DNA of 64,000 nucleotides, from contig CM082577.2 of assembly GCA_040954595.2 (NCBI GenBank), positions 13,585,903 through 13,649,902 on the forward strand. Direction: 5' to 3'. Positions 40,480 through 53,400 of the stretch are shown here, piece after piece. This DNA is from Balanoglossus misakiensis (taxonomy: Eukaryota > Animalia > Hemichordata). The position numbers and the translations under genes were made by a program. The notes under the pieces were generated by a model. That model was not told where the DNA came from, made no database searches, and saw only the letters and a list, made by a program, of their open reading frames with translations. Numbering within the stretch: the first letter of the stretch is position 1; each line of letters begins with the position of its first letter.

Positions 40480-40960
40480 TCACCTGGCAGCAGATTAATG
40501 CAAAATACAAAGAAAGAACACCCCAACATTCTAGACCTTATCGATCTAGTTCTCAGTTTACCAGCAAGCAGTGCTGAGTGTGAGCGTGGTTTTTCTGTCA
40601 TGAAGATGACGAAGACTGACTACAGGAACAGGTTATCCACTCAAACCATGACAGAGTTAAAGAGGATCAAACTCCCAGCATAGAGGACTTTGACCCTACT
40701 GCTGCTATACATGTTTGGAATAAAATGTCTAGCATTCGCAGTCGCAGACCAACCTTTAAATCAAGTAAACACTTGTTGATAGTGTAACAGATGTTGCTTG
40801 CACTTCAACCTCAAATGAACTTGAAGCGTCTTCTAATGTAGATGATGAATATGAATCTGATTATGGATCCTGTGATTCAGACTTCAGTGACAGTGTCAGT
40901 GAGGAAGGTGAGGATCAGGGATGTGATCTTTTTGAGATGGCAGATACTGTAAATGATTGA
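40480..40960 (+). pseudogene. hAT C-terminal dimerisation domain fragment with acidic tail
   Basis: HPNILDLIDLVLSLPASSAECERGFSVMKMTKTDYRNRLS; after a frameshift, IEDFDPTAAIHVW. Confidence 0.85.
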
Positions 40961-41129
40961 GTCGTGAAAAATATTCCTTTTCGGACTTAATAAAAGGACA
41001 TGAAAAATGAAAGACCAATGTGTTGCAATGTGTTAAAAAAGAGTTATATATTGTTAAGGACCGGCAGTTTTATAGAAGGACCTGGAGCTTTGGCCTGGTG
41101 CAGGTCTTTATGACCTAAAGGTATTTTCT

Positions 41130-41303
41130 CTTAATTTCGCACACTGAAGGCAACAAGCAACAAATTCACCTATGACCTCATGACAACAGTCTTCACCAAG
41201 GAGGAGCTGAGGACTCATTCTTACAACGGACGAAAATGTAATGCAATTGCAGGGATCAAGGCAAAACCTCTTCTGGATTCCACGAAAGTGAATGCTATAA
41301 AAG
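41130..41303 (+). pseudogene. BEN-domain exon fragment
   Basis: KFTYDLMTTVFTKEELRTHSYNGRKCNA..KPLLDSTKVNAIK. Confidence 0.7.
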
Positions 41304-41964
41304 GTTATATAGGTATAGTAACTGTATTTAATACTTTTTGCTTTAATTTTGTACTGTATTAAAACATTATTTAATTCCATATGACCAACAGTAAAGTACC
41401 ATTTTATTTGTGTGAACAAGAGTAAGTGTATCACAGCTAGAGCCTTATGAAACCATAAATATTTAACAGATGTTGTTTGAAAAAAAACATATTCATCATG
41501 CTGAATAGGCACAAGCGGAGATTGCAAGCTTAAAACATGTTTTTTGTGAAAAATCATTTGAGTAAGATAGATTTTAACCAGTTGTGCACAAATAAGTGAG
41601 GTGGCATGTCTCCTATGTGTGTTCTAATTATACAAATCGTTTGTTCACATTTCATGCGGAGAGCAAAGAATTTGTATAATGACAACAAACATAGGAGACA
41701 TGCCAACTCACTGAACTAATTTAATCTCTGCATGAAATGAGTATCGGAAACTGGACTGGAATCTACTGTATTTTTTTATAGAAATTGTTTTTAAAGTCGC
41801 ATGTACACTTCAATTCAAATCTTGCAGGAGCAATCACTTGGCTTCGTGTTTTTCCTGGCGGCAATGTCACCAAGGTTCTGCGCTGCAGTGAAGAACATTT
41901 TCCAAACGTACCGGGATGGTGACGTAAAGGGTCAGAAGTTGAAAAAAAGTGAAAAAATGCTTGG

Positions 41965-42569
41965 TATGGAAAGTATTTACAGATGCTACAGAGCAATTAG
42001 TTCATGCAATTAGTTCATGCATTCATTACTTCTCGAATTGATTCATGTAATTCACTTTTATTTGGGCTCCCGAAGTATTCAACCAACCGTATTCAACGTG
42101 TTCAGAATATTGCTGCTAGATTTGTTACTCGTTCAAAAATCACCTGTCACATCACTCCAATTTTGTATCAGTTGCACTGGCTACCTGTTACACAGCGTAT
42201 TGTTTTTAAGATGTTAGTTCTCATTTTTAAATCCATTCATAAACTTGGTCCAATCTATCTTTCTAACATGACCAAACTTAATGTTCCGTGTCGTAATTTA
42301 AGGTCAGCCGATCAGTTCAAACTCTGCCCTGTTCGATCACGCACCAAGAGTTATGTTGATCGTGCTTTTACTGATGCTGCTCCAATTCTTTGGAATAATC
42401 TTCCACTCAACATTCGACAGGCAACAAAGTTATCTGTTTTTAAATCAAACTTTACTTTTTAAATCTGCTTTTTAGCCAATTGTTGTAGTGTATTTTTTTG
42501 CTTTTAGCATCATTGATCAATTTTTTTGTGGATACTGACGCTTTATAAATAAATTAGTATTATTATTAT
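41965..42569 (+). mobile_element. 5'-truncated L2/CR1-group LINE (ORF2 C-terminus and 3' tail)
   Basis: LVHAFITSRIDSCNSLLFGLP..HITPILYQLHWLPV..RAFTDAAPILWNNLP; AATAAA followed by a (TAT)n tail. Confidence 0.9.
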
Positions 42570-43109
42570 GTAATCACACTTAATAGCATCATCAGACAGA
42601 GTGTTGGTGAAAATAGCTTTTAGAGGTTTTGAGTTCTCTAGGTAAATATTCTACAACTCCTGCACAAGCCAAATGGTTACAAAGGTTCCAGTGGCATGAC
42701 CTCAAAATGTCTTATGGAAATGACCTCTTGGAATTATGAGAGAGGATGGTCTCTTTGTTTTTCCAACACATGCTGAAGAGTCTAAATATAACAGGCAAAA
42801 AAGCTTATCAATCGTGAAACTCCTGATTGCAAGGCATCCAATTTTAAATGCCTAAGGAACCTTCTAGAGATAGAGCAATTCGATCTACTGAGCAGCAAAA
42901 AAATGTTCTTTCATTGGATGAAATGAGGGCCAAAGCCATAGTAATCAAGGTCATGCGGGAGATACAGCATGCTGTAACAGTGTTAACTGGAGTAAGCCAG
43001 GGTCAGGTAATAATAAATATAAGTTTAATGCATTATTTTCAACGACTACCATCGGCGAGGTCATCCACTTTTTGACAGCATCTTCAAGATCTGTCCCGTG
43101 TATGACATC

Positions 43110-43490
43110 AACATACAGAAATTTAGAGAGGTTTACGGCCCAGAGCAACATCTGATCTGGATGAGGGAATGGATGGGCCCACTTTCTGGGTGAACCATCC
43201 ATCAAAACCAGACGGGTTTGGGCTAAAGGCATTTTCTCTGAATGAAGCCAAGAGTGGATACATCGATGGTTACCATCTGTATACTGGGTCCACTTTATTC
43301 CCTGATGTGTTGGCTGACGAGTACGACTTGATGCAAAACCAAACCTCCCAAACAGTGATGGGGCTGTTGAAACAGTGTAACATCTTCAGGAAGGGCTACA
43401 GGGTCTACATGGACAACTACTACATGTCACCCACCCCAGTAGATGACCTGGTCAGTTTGGCTACAGTCACTGTGGGTACTGTTATAGGGT
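43110..43490 (+). pseudogene. piggyBac transposase core fragment
   Basis: PSKPDGFGLKAFSL.EAKSGYI..YTG..VMGLL..GYRVYMDNYYMSP..VGTV. Confidence 0.88.
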
Positions 43491-43508
43491 GTACTCAGTA
43501 CTCTCCCC

Positions 43509-43790
43509 ATGCAGGAGGATTCGCAGGCTGGCTCTCAACCTCCTCAGCATTCACAGTCCGCTGGTGAACACTCGTTGGCTCAGATTGTACGGCAGAGCTG
43601 TGAACAGTTGAAAGTTCATTTTCAACAAGATTTGGCTTCCCTGAAGCACGACATTTCTGAGAAGCAGGACCAGACACAGGACAACTTGACCAAACGTATC
43701 AAGGCGATTGAGACTCGTCCGTTCAATAAAAAGGGGAATGCGGAGCTAGCAAAGTTTAACTCGAACTTGGCTTCATTTTACCATACTCTT
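43509..43790 (+). pseudogene. DIRS-like gag N-terminal fragment
   Basis: Coiled coil followed by KRIK..FNKKGNAELAKFN, resembling the FKxKGNExQFxFN motif. Confidence 0.55.
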
Positions 43791-46007
43791 GATTACCAAG
43801 ATTAAAGTGATGATCATTGGCACCATATGCCATATAATTCATTGTCATGTTTTCAAATGTAAGCAAGTGATGTCATGAGTGTGCCATATACAAAACTACT
43901 GTAATTACTTCAGCTGCATATTAGTCATTTGAATGTCTTTTATTCATCATCCATAGTTTAGTGGTAAATTTTCACCATGTCTCTTTTCTTTATTTAGGGA
44001 AATATGCAACGAATTTGCCAAGCGGGTTAATCCGGATCTGCCCTTTCATTATTGGACAGAGTCAGATGACCGCTTCACAATTGGGCTGCTCCAGGATTTT
44101 AATGAAGCATCGAAGAGCGGTGTGGAGCGGCTTGATAAATTGAGAATCGAACGATGCTCGGATCCCGGGGTATTCCAGGCAAATCAGGCGTCCTTACCTC
44201 AGCATGGCTCATTGACTGTAAGAGCTCAGTTTCACAGTTTGCCAGAACCCTAGCTCCCACCACTGCTGTGACCATTTTGAACGTGTTAATTCTAAAAGAT
44301 TATCCTGAGGTATGTCTGTTCACTGAACCCTAGTACAGAAATAAATGACACAATCATGCCGCAACTACATCTAATGGTGATGTGCAGTTATTTCTCTTAA
44401 ATTGGATCCATCACTTACTGTGAGACTTCCTGACTTCCTGATTTCACTTTGATGTGATTGGAAAATCGAAAGAGATTCAAGCATTTAAGAGGACAGAGAC
44501 TGCAAAAAGATCACATTCGAAATTGCTTATATCATACTTGCACATCCGAGCTAAAGAACAGTTGTTCGACAAGGACGTATTGGTACGCACAACTCCGAAG
44601 CGCTCCTTTTTCTTGTTTGGTTGAACAAACAAAAAACACTTCGGCTTCAAAGGTTGCCAAGAAAGTCAACAGATGCTGTGGGGCGATGTTTTGCTCAAGA
44701 AGACCGTAGGCAACATCGAGTTTCTCGAATTTAACGAGCAAGAAAACGAAACATGGTCATCAGGAAAAGTAAATGATCAAGCGCAGGCATACCCATCGAA
44801 AGCCTTCGCGATTCCCCAAATGTGCAAAGCATCAACCATTGTGCTCTAAATTCTATGGGCGATCAACAGCATATGTCCGAGATTCGTCTACGTCTATATA
44901 TGGGATTATATAGAATCACTGATCAGTGATTATTCAAATGAAAATATTTCACACGCTGCCATTCAAAGTTATGGGATCAGGGAACTCTCAACATATGCAG
45001 CAGACACTAGAACAGGGTCATATAATGTTGAATTCTGTGGAAACTGTGAATGTAGAGACAAGATCCAGACAATGTATTTGACAAAGAAGCAATAGCGGTT
45101 GATTTTGATGTAGGCTTTGGTTATGTTGAAGTTGGTTTATTCAAAAAGAACTGACGAAGTATGTCCACCCTCTTCTGCATTCACACAAAGTAAGAGAAGT
45201 AAGAGCGAACCACTTTATGCCAAAATCAGTATCACAAGAGTAGGAAGTGTTTGGGAACGTGAAGTTATCTGGAAATAGTGAGGCCATTGCCTACTGTATG
45301 AATATGTGAAGTCTTCCTAAATCTGTTTTGCTTGATAGTGTAATAATTCTGTGGGATCATAGCTGGATCCATCACTCACTGTGAGACTTCCAGAAGCAGA
45401 CAATTACTTTGGCATCACCTTTATGGAAGACTTTGTTCCAATTATGGAGGGTTTTAACTCGACATCATCTACACCGAACAAGACAGTAGTACCAATCATC
45501 TCATCACCAATCTGGTACCCCAAACCAAAGACATGGCGAATTTTTTTAACCGTGCGTTACAGGAGTTTACCGAACTGTCGCAGACGCAACAATTCATTTG
45601 TTCAGTACAGGGGGCACAACGCTAATACCCTGTAACCCCTGGCATTTCTATGGTTTGCATGGGGCACTCAAAGAGTTTATAATACCGGTATATCAGCAGA
45701 ATTAGTCCCCCTATTTGTTCCTTTGTGTTTAATAGATTAGTCATTCAAACCGTTACAAAATCACAAGAGAACAGAGAGTCCCAATTTATAAAAGGTGAAG
45801 AAAGAAAGGACAATGACTGTAGATCATATCCTGATGTTACGGTGCATGGCGCATTCTACTCAGTCTGCCAGGTTAGTATTGCTTTAAATTCCATCTAGAG
45901 TACTGCTGTCAGCTAGCATTATACAAAATGCAATGCTGTGCTTGTGTGTAATGATTATCTGTTTGCAGTTGTCATAGGTTTATATTCACCATGTGCCAAT
46001 TTCAAAT

Positions 46008-46135
46008 TAAATTGGATCCATCACTTACTGTGAGATTTCCTGATTTCACTTTAATGTGATTGGAAAATCGAAAGGGATTCAAGCATGTAAGAGGACAGAG
46101 ACTTCAAAAAGATCACATTCGAAATTGCTTATATC
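46008..46135. repeat. Dispersed direct copy of 44398-44532 (and 45604-45720 is copied at 47133-47252)
   Basis: Shared TTAAATTGGATCCATCACTTACTGTGAGA...CGAAATTGCTTATATCAT; the second pair shares CAGTACAGGGGG...CCCTGTAACC...GGTTTGCATG. Confidence 0.85.
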
Positions 46136-46579
46136 ATCCATATAATTGCTTATATCAAAGTATGGCCGAGATACTGGTGAAATGGCTGCAGCCGGCCAAA
46201 GATTCAAAAAGGTGAAGGCATCCCGAATTAAGGGCAAATACGAAGTTGACGATGTTGTCCGAATTAAATATAAAAGCGGTTATTTCAAAGCAGAACTTCT
46301 CGATATTCCAGTATTCGGAAAATACTTTTTAATTTTGTCATCTACTGTCGACGTCAAAAGTTTAGTATGCTGCAGTTGCTGTACAGGAAGTGCTCACGTC
46401 AACACACAGGATTTGTTTTCCAACCAAACTTGAGCGAAATGGCTCAGACAGCCGCGGAATTCGATGAAGCTTTTCAAGAAATCTTCTGTTTAGCAAGAGA
46501 GCTGGGCGTGGAAGACAACAATGATTTCTTCGGCAAAGTGGAAAACCATACGCGTCAAAAACAATCGGTTTCAACCTCC

Positions 46580-46700
46580 CTCCACGTCCTCGAGTTCGCG
46601 GTATGTCAACCTTTCCGAAGTCGACAAACAAGAGCTGATAGAGCAACAGCGAAAGAAGAAGACGGCAAAATCAACAAATGCTTCCGTCAGAAATGGAGCA
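46580..46700 (+). pseudogene. Crypton-like (tyrosine recombinase) N-terminal fragment
   Basis: SRYVNLSEVDKQELIEQQRKKKTAKSTNASVR. Confidence 0.45.
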
Positions 46701-46799
46701 GAGAGTTAGGTTCAAACAGTCCATGTCAGACAAAGGTAAACATTACTAATTTACGCTGTTCTATCATGGGGATGAAAGGGACTGGTCATTAACTGAAGG

Positions 46800-47130
46800 G
46801 TCTGATTTTGAGAATTCTTCAAGTGATATCAGTGAGTCAGATTCTGATGAAAGTGCCTATGAATCTGATGTCGACAATACTATGATATTGCCTCCCTTGG
46901 GTCCGCGTTTTCCCACCTGATGAGGATCGCGCAGTGCCATTCCCATTCCAGGAAGTAGGTGGTCCCTGGTGAGCTCCTGCCAGAGATGCGTCGCCACTTG
47001 TTTATTCTATGTTGTTTCTTTCTGTTGATCTTATAAACCCATTTGTCCGGGAGACAAATAGATTGGTTACTTCATTTGTTCAAGAAAATGAAGTGAGACT
47101 TAAGGGCCATCGTCGAGAGTGTGGAGGTGG
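46800..47130 (+). pseudogene. piggyBac transposase N-terminal fragment
   Basis: Acidic Ser/Asp tract, then PFQEVGGP..ASPLVYSMLFLSVDLINPFVRETNR. Confidence 0.55.
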
Positions 47131-48217
47131 GTACAGTACAGGGGGGCACAACACTAATACCCTGTAACCACTGGCATTTCTATGGTTTGCATGATGGAGC
47201 ACTCAAAGAGTTAATCAATAATATATCAGCGAATTGGTGCCCCCATTTGTTCTTTGAATTCAATGGATTTGTTAGCAAAATCACTGCACAATCTCAAGAA
47301 ACATAATGAGGATAACACTGTCTACCATTTAACAAAAGCTGTAGGGGAACAGAGACAGAACAGTGACAGTGCACGACTGCCATTTCACAGGAAGCAATGG
47401 CCGACGCTGGCCTACAACATCAAGTTCTTTGCCGTTGATAATATGAACAACATGAAGTGCCCAGAAGGTTACCAAAAATACATGGAGACAATGTACAGCC
47501 ATTTTGGCAACAGTTGGTTGTCCTTACATTGTGGGCCAATGTGGTCCTACGAATCACAGCCTGATGAAGCAGCTGTTGCTGCTGCTGAAGACACGGCTGT
47601 TAATATCGTACGTAAGGCGAATTCTAGTTGGAGTAAAGAAATAACAATGTCAAACGCACGAAATCTCGTGTATAGGGAGAACTCGCGGCGGGATTTCGAT
47701 CACATGTTTTTTGAGAATTGCCGCCGATCGAACGAAGCAAGTTCTGGGCGGGGTAACTACCTAATATGGACATAATCGTGACATTTGCTAAGTATAATTG
47801 GTTTCCGAAGATGTCCGAACAACCTCACTGATATTTTGCTGGCTTCCCGATGTACTGCAATCGCCTCAAAGTGTGATTTTGTGGTTGCGTTAGTGGCGAT
47901 TTTTTTCACTGTAGCCGTGCGATCTGTAGGTGAGCATGATTATGATGTGTATTTTTTGAGCTTGATTTAAAATTAAATCAATTTTCACAACGTAAATAAC
48001 AAATTTCTGGGGTAATTTGCTGTATGTACGATCGTTTTGTAGTGTTGGTGTGGCTTCGGAATTTAGCGTGTGGCTACGTAATTACACTTTCTGTAGAGTT
48101 CGTGATTGTGATTGACGTAAATTGACTCAATGTCACCATGGTCACGGCGTCTATACGCTACCTGTTACCGGTGTCTGTGGCGCCAAAATCAAAATACAGA
48201 TCATCTTGAAGCAAAAT

Positions 48218-49863
48218 ATGGCCACCAAGAAAGATTTGGATGCACATTTGGGTCTAATCTCAACACTGTAGAATTTGTGGTACAAAAATCGTCAGTACTT
48301 CGTACGCGTGTAAGAGCTTCCAAACCCAATTGCGCGATACGTTCAATGTTGACGTAAACAACGACGAATAGACAGTTCATCCAAATAGTTTCTGCAAGAA
48401 TTGCAAGCGGACAGTCGACTACTGTTTACATGTAACACAGGCCAGTACAGCTAGCTATAGCCCGAGAACGAAGGTGACATTGTGGAAAAAACATCCGCGA
48501 AACGGTGAGTGTGATGTTTGCCTTCGGTCTCGACCCGGAAGGAAACCAAAACAGACGAAACGAGGACGTGAAAAAAAAAGTTAAATATCGTGTCTACTCC
48601 TAATGACTCTGATGATAGGAAGTTGGGTTCAGGAACTCAAAGTCAAACTGACACACCCGTTGATATAGATTTAGTCAATGTTGTAAAGACCAAGAGGTTT
48701 AGGTGTTCACTGGGACTGTCTCCTCAACGATTCATTCACAGCACATATATTGGCCAAGAACTCGATTGCCCTATTTGCAAAGAAATTGTGGACGAGCCTG
48801 TCCAAATTCTGTGTGCTAACCCCCACACATTTTGTTCCCCCTGCTTGGCAGAGTGGTTCAAAGTTTCCCCAACATGTCCTGTCTGTCGGGTTACAATAGA
48901 CAGCAATTTAGTTGCTTCGATTCCAGTTATGTTGGGAAATATCCTAAGTTCACTAACAATACACTGCGATTATAGTAATTGGGGATGTACTAGAGAACTG
49001 CCATTGAGGGATCTGAAAGGCCATTTTGAAAGCTGCCCCTACACATCAATTGCCCATGATCATCATTATGCGTCAGCCAAGCTCCCTGAACAGCAACAGC
49101 AATTACATGTAAATTGCAATGACACTGACATCGATGTGAATGGGTCGGTACACCAGCCAGAGACCGTGAAAACAACCAGTACTATATCCCCACAAGAAGC
49201 ACTTGACACCATTGCTAACTGTTCTGAAAAAATCGACAAGATGGCTGGTTTCGATACAGTGGCAACCAAAATAATCAAACTGAAACTGGAACAAACCCCT
49301 GGCTCTAGAAAGGGAGAGGCGATAACATTCAAAACTAGATCAAAGGTAAGGAAAAAACAGTGTTGATTTGAAATTAATGTCATAATTATTATGACTGTAG
49401 TAGGAATGAATAAGTAGTTATAGTGTTTTGTAATATTGTCACAATGTTCAATTGTTGACATATCTGATATGTTTAAGCATGACATATGTATTTGTGTGTA
49501 ATTTTTCCTAGAAAGGCCATTTACCTGCATTACATATGTCCCCATCATGTTAATAAAATATTTGCGTGTGTCATTTTTCTCCCATAAGCCTATTCACCTG
49601 ATGTATGTCCCAAAGGCAGCGAAGGATTCCACCAGAGTATCAACTCGTACACAGGCACATCGAGCAACCATTGTAGAGAAGACAAGAGAAAGTGCGTCAG
49701 GTGACAGCAAAGTGGTAGCACAACAGGTTAGGCGGGAGCTGGGCAGATTTGGGAAGACTGAACTACATTCCCTTGGTCTTTTGCCTAATGTTCCTCCTGG
49801 AGCTGGTCTAATGCTAAAGACCAGTTTGTCACTACCATGGAATAAGTTGAGGGCACTGAGGAG
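48218..49863 (+). pseudogene. Chapaev/N-RAG-TP-like transposase 5' half: RAG1-N-like Chapa domain + RING + zinc finger (exons 48218-49345 and 49589-49863)
   Basis: H-x7-CRICG..FNVDVNNDE*TVHPNSFCKNC..W.KH..CDVC; RING CPIC..C..H.FC..C..CPVC; HCDY..GC..H..SCPY. GTAAG..AG intron joins FKTRSK|PIHL; ends LPWNKLRALRR|GTAAG. Frameshifts and a stop are present. Confidence 0.8.
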
Positions 49864-49917
49864 GTAAGGATTAAGTGGGTGTGTATGCCAGCGTTTTTAT
49901 AGCATATTTTACTAGTA

Positions 49918-50104
49918 CAGTCAAACCTGTCAATAGTGGCCAGTCAAGGGACTGTCCAAAACTAGCCTTTATAGACGTAGACAGGTGGCGCTTATAGACA
50001 GGTCAGTTAATGTACAGTAACTTGCACCGGGACTGTAGCAAGGTGGCAGCTATAGAAAAGTTCCACTATAAAGAGGTGGCCTGCCACTTACACAGATTTG
50101 ACTA
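49918..50104. mobile_element. Tc1/mariner (pogo-like) MITE
   Basis: TA-CAGTCAAACCTG ... CAGATTTGACTA-TA (10/12 inverted match, TA flanks). Confidence 0.75.
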
Positions 50105-50456
50105 TATATTGCAAATGTGCTAATTTCATGCATGGTGTCTGTGTCTGCCTCTGTGTGTGCTGTTGGGGGTTTAAAATAGATGTACTGAGTTTTTCAGTAC
50201 CAGTACAGTCAGCTTTATAGCTTATTGTCAGTCTATTTAATTTGACACAAAATACCAAAATCTAGTAAAATTTTAGAAAAACAATATCAGAATATTTGCT
50301 TTTATTTTCAACATGCACTGGTGTGTGCAAACTTGTCTGACAATTCACCAGCCCTGCTTTGTCAACTGTAGGTTTAAATATGTGCATTTTAAATATTTGT
50401 GGTAGTTTAATTGCAGTTCTGTATACCAAAAATTGATTTTAAAAAAATATAGAGTT

Positions 50457-53400
50457 CAGGCCTCGAACTTAACTTTTTAATCCACCTGCCCACTGGGCAG
50501 GTGGATTGGAAAAATCACCTGCCCAAACAATATTTTCACCTGCCCATGTTTTTTTAGCTAAACGTTGATTATTGTAATGACATATGATAAAGGATATTGT
50601 ACCATTATAGTTGTTTCAATTACTACTGCTGTCAAACCAGTTGGGGCTCAATCTCTGACATCCATCCGTCGCCTACGCTGAGCATTGTGGTGCCATCTGT
50701 CCAATGCCCTTTCTGCTGCATAGTCATCACTCTCTGGTCCATCCAGGCTGATTCGCAGTAGATTGTCTAAAGTCTCAATGTTCAGACTGGATCGCCAGTC
50801 TGTCTTTATGCGCTTCATTGCAGAGAAGCCTCGTTCACAGCAGGCTGTTGACATTGGGTATAACAGCACAATCTGGACAATGTACAAAATGTTCTCAAAT
50901 CTTTCACTGAGGTCAGGGTCAGTCAGAAAATTCTGCCATAGTGCCAGGTATCTAAGATGGCTGTGTCTTCTGTTGATCTCTAACTTCATGTCCAACCACT
51001 CAGTTCTGGCCTGTGCTACATCAAAATTGGGCACTTGTCTTTCCAGTAATGGTGTAAAGTGATCTATCAGTCTGTTGACATGTGCATCTCCATGTGTTGC
51101 CAGTGTGTCATGATCTTCAGGCCAATTACTAATGTCAAAGACTTCTGATGCCTCCAATATGTGATTTTCTCTGAGATTGCCAAATCTCTCATCCATATGC
51201 AGGGCTCGAAATTAGCGGTAGTCCCGCGTCCACAGACTACCAACTTTTCCCTGGGGCTACCAAAATCTGCGTAATGGTAGCCCCCGCGGACTACCAAAAC
51301 TTTGCGTGTGCGATCGACGCGATGTTGATCGCTTTGACCTGATCAACGCTCACACGCGTACACGGCCCGATCAAACCAGCACTGTACAGCAAGACTGTGA
51401 CATTGTTATGCAAATTAAAATCCACAGTGCGTGCAGGAGAATGTTTGATACAAACTTTCAATAAAAGTATCAATATCTGAACTGACGTAGGCATGGGAAA
51501 TTATAGCCAATGAAAAGGCATTTTCATCAAAATTTGATTACAATGTATCAATCGAAAAAATTTAAATCGCGACCCTAGGCCCTACTAAACGGACAAATTT
51601 CATGGCGTAGACTTACGTGCACCAGCCAGACGTCGCGGGGAACAAATCTTCGGCGCGAACGTGAAAACCGAGCTTATCAACTCGTGCTTACATGAAATAA
51701 ATGTTCGTTTCCGCCCATTCACAGAGGATCCAATAGTGGTCGCGGCTAATGTCTTTGACCCCACTAACTGGCCGCAGAACCCGGAAGAGCTACGAGACTA
51801 CGGTCGGGATGAAGTGTCGGCTTTATCGCAGCACTTCCGCGAGTTGTTACGACAACATACCGATTTTCAGCCTGAGGAAGTTTTAGCCGAATGGACAGGC
51901 CTGAAAACCGTCGTTAGTGCAGTGTTGACTACAAATCCAACTCTGCATTTTCTCGATATTTGGCAACGCGTTTTGATGCAAAACCTCGTGGAGTTTAGCA
52001 ACGCACTATGGCTGGTAAAAATTGTGTTACTGATACCGATCCATACCAGTGAATGTGAAAGGGGATTTTCTCTCATGGGTCGCATTAAATCAGATTGGCG
52101 AGCAGCTCTAAACACCGCTACGCTCAGTAACCTTATGAGAATTGTCCTTCACGGCGAGGCTTTGGAGGAATACAACCCTGGAAATGCAATACAGCGTTGG
52201 TTTAATGCCGGTGAGCGGAGACGTCGGCCTGACATTTTACCGTACGGACCACGGCAGCCAGGACATGAACTAAATGAGAACTGATTGAACTTGGCAACAA
52301 CGCAAATAGACTTGCCACATGTCTGTAGGTTTATTCCTGTTTTCACATAGAAAAAAGAAATCTATGTGTTCAATTTATAGTTTGAGTAAAGTGAAAGTCA
52401 AGTAATTGAATAAAACATAAAAAAACATTCGATAATTACGATAATAAGTGCTTTTTCATTTTTATTTCTTTCACGAATAAAAGTAAAAAAAATGCAAAGA
52501 AAAAAATCTTTTCTGAAGTGTACAAGATGTCCCATGACAGCGGAGAAAAATAGCTAAATTAATGGGAACGCGATTGTACCGTTGTCATTCTGAAATTCAT
52601 GGCTAATAACTGTAGTCTATTTTTAGTCTTGTTATGTCTCCTCCCCTGCTGATCACTGTGGTCGTTCTCATGGCGAATGTAAAAATTTGCATATAACCTC
52701 TGCGTATTAATAGGTCATCAAACTTTTGGGTGTCGCCCTTGTCTGGACATGTACATGCTATTCTTATACAGGGTATGATCTGCATGCAGCCAGCCAGGTA
52801 CTAGAAAAAAAATTCATGAGCACAAGTCAATCATGAAAAAAAAATATTTTTATTTTTTTCTTATGAGATTGATGAAAAAAATATCCTTCACAGAAAAAAA
52901 ATATCACTCTTCATTGAAAAGGTGTGCGGGCTACCAGACCATGTCACGGGGCTACCAACTTCAGAAAATGGTAGCCCAAGTGGACTACCAGTGAAAAAAG
53001 TTAATTTCGAGCCCTGATATGAGCTATCACATTAGTAACCATTCGCTGCTTTGACTAGTTAAAGGTAGGTATGTCACCATTTTCCATTGTGATGTCAGTA
53101 TCCTTCCACCTGCCTGTTTCCTGGACTGCAGTTATGAACTCAGTAAGTTTCTCAGAGGGAGTATCCACCATAGCTCGCAATGAGACCTTGACTCTATCTA
53201 TGCACGTGTTCACTTGGGTAAGGACAACTGCATCTTTCTGCATAACTTCACTCAACTGTGCTGTCTTCTCCAGCATGTCACAGAGAAAATGCAGGAAGAG
53301 CAAGAATTTGAAACTCTGCAACTTCTTGAGATAATTCTTGGCTCTCCCCTGCATTTCTGCACTTGCTTTTCTCTCTTCTATGATGTGTTGAAAGTGGACA

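Noticed and set aside
48218-49863. A true RAG1 or ProtoRAG locus
   Set aside because: No RAG1 catalytic core, RAG2-like gene or RSS-like termini are visible; only the shared N-terminal module is present.
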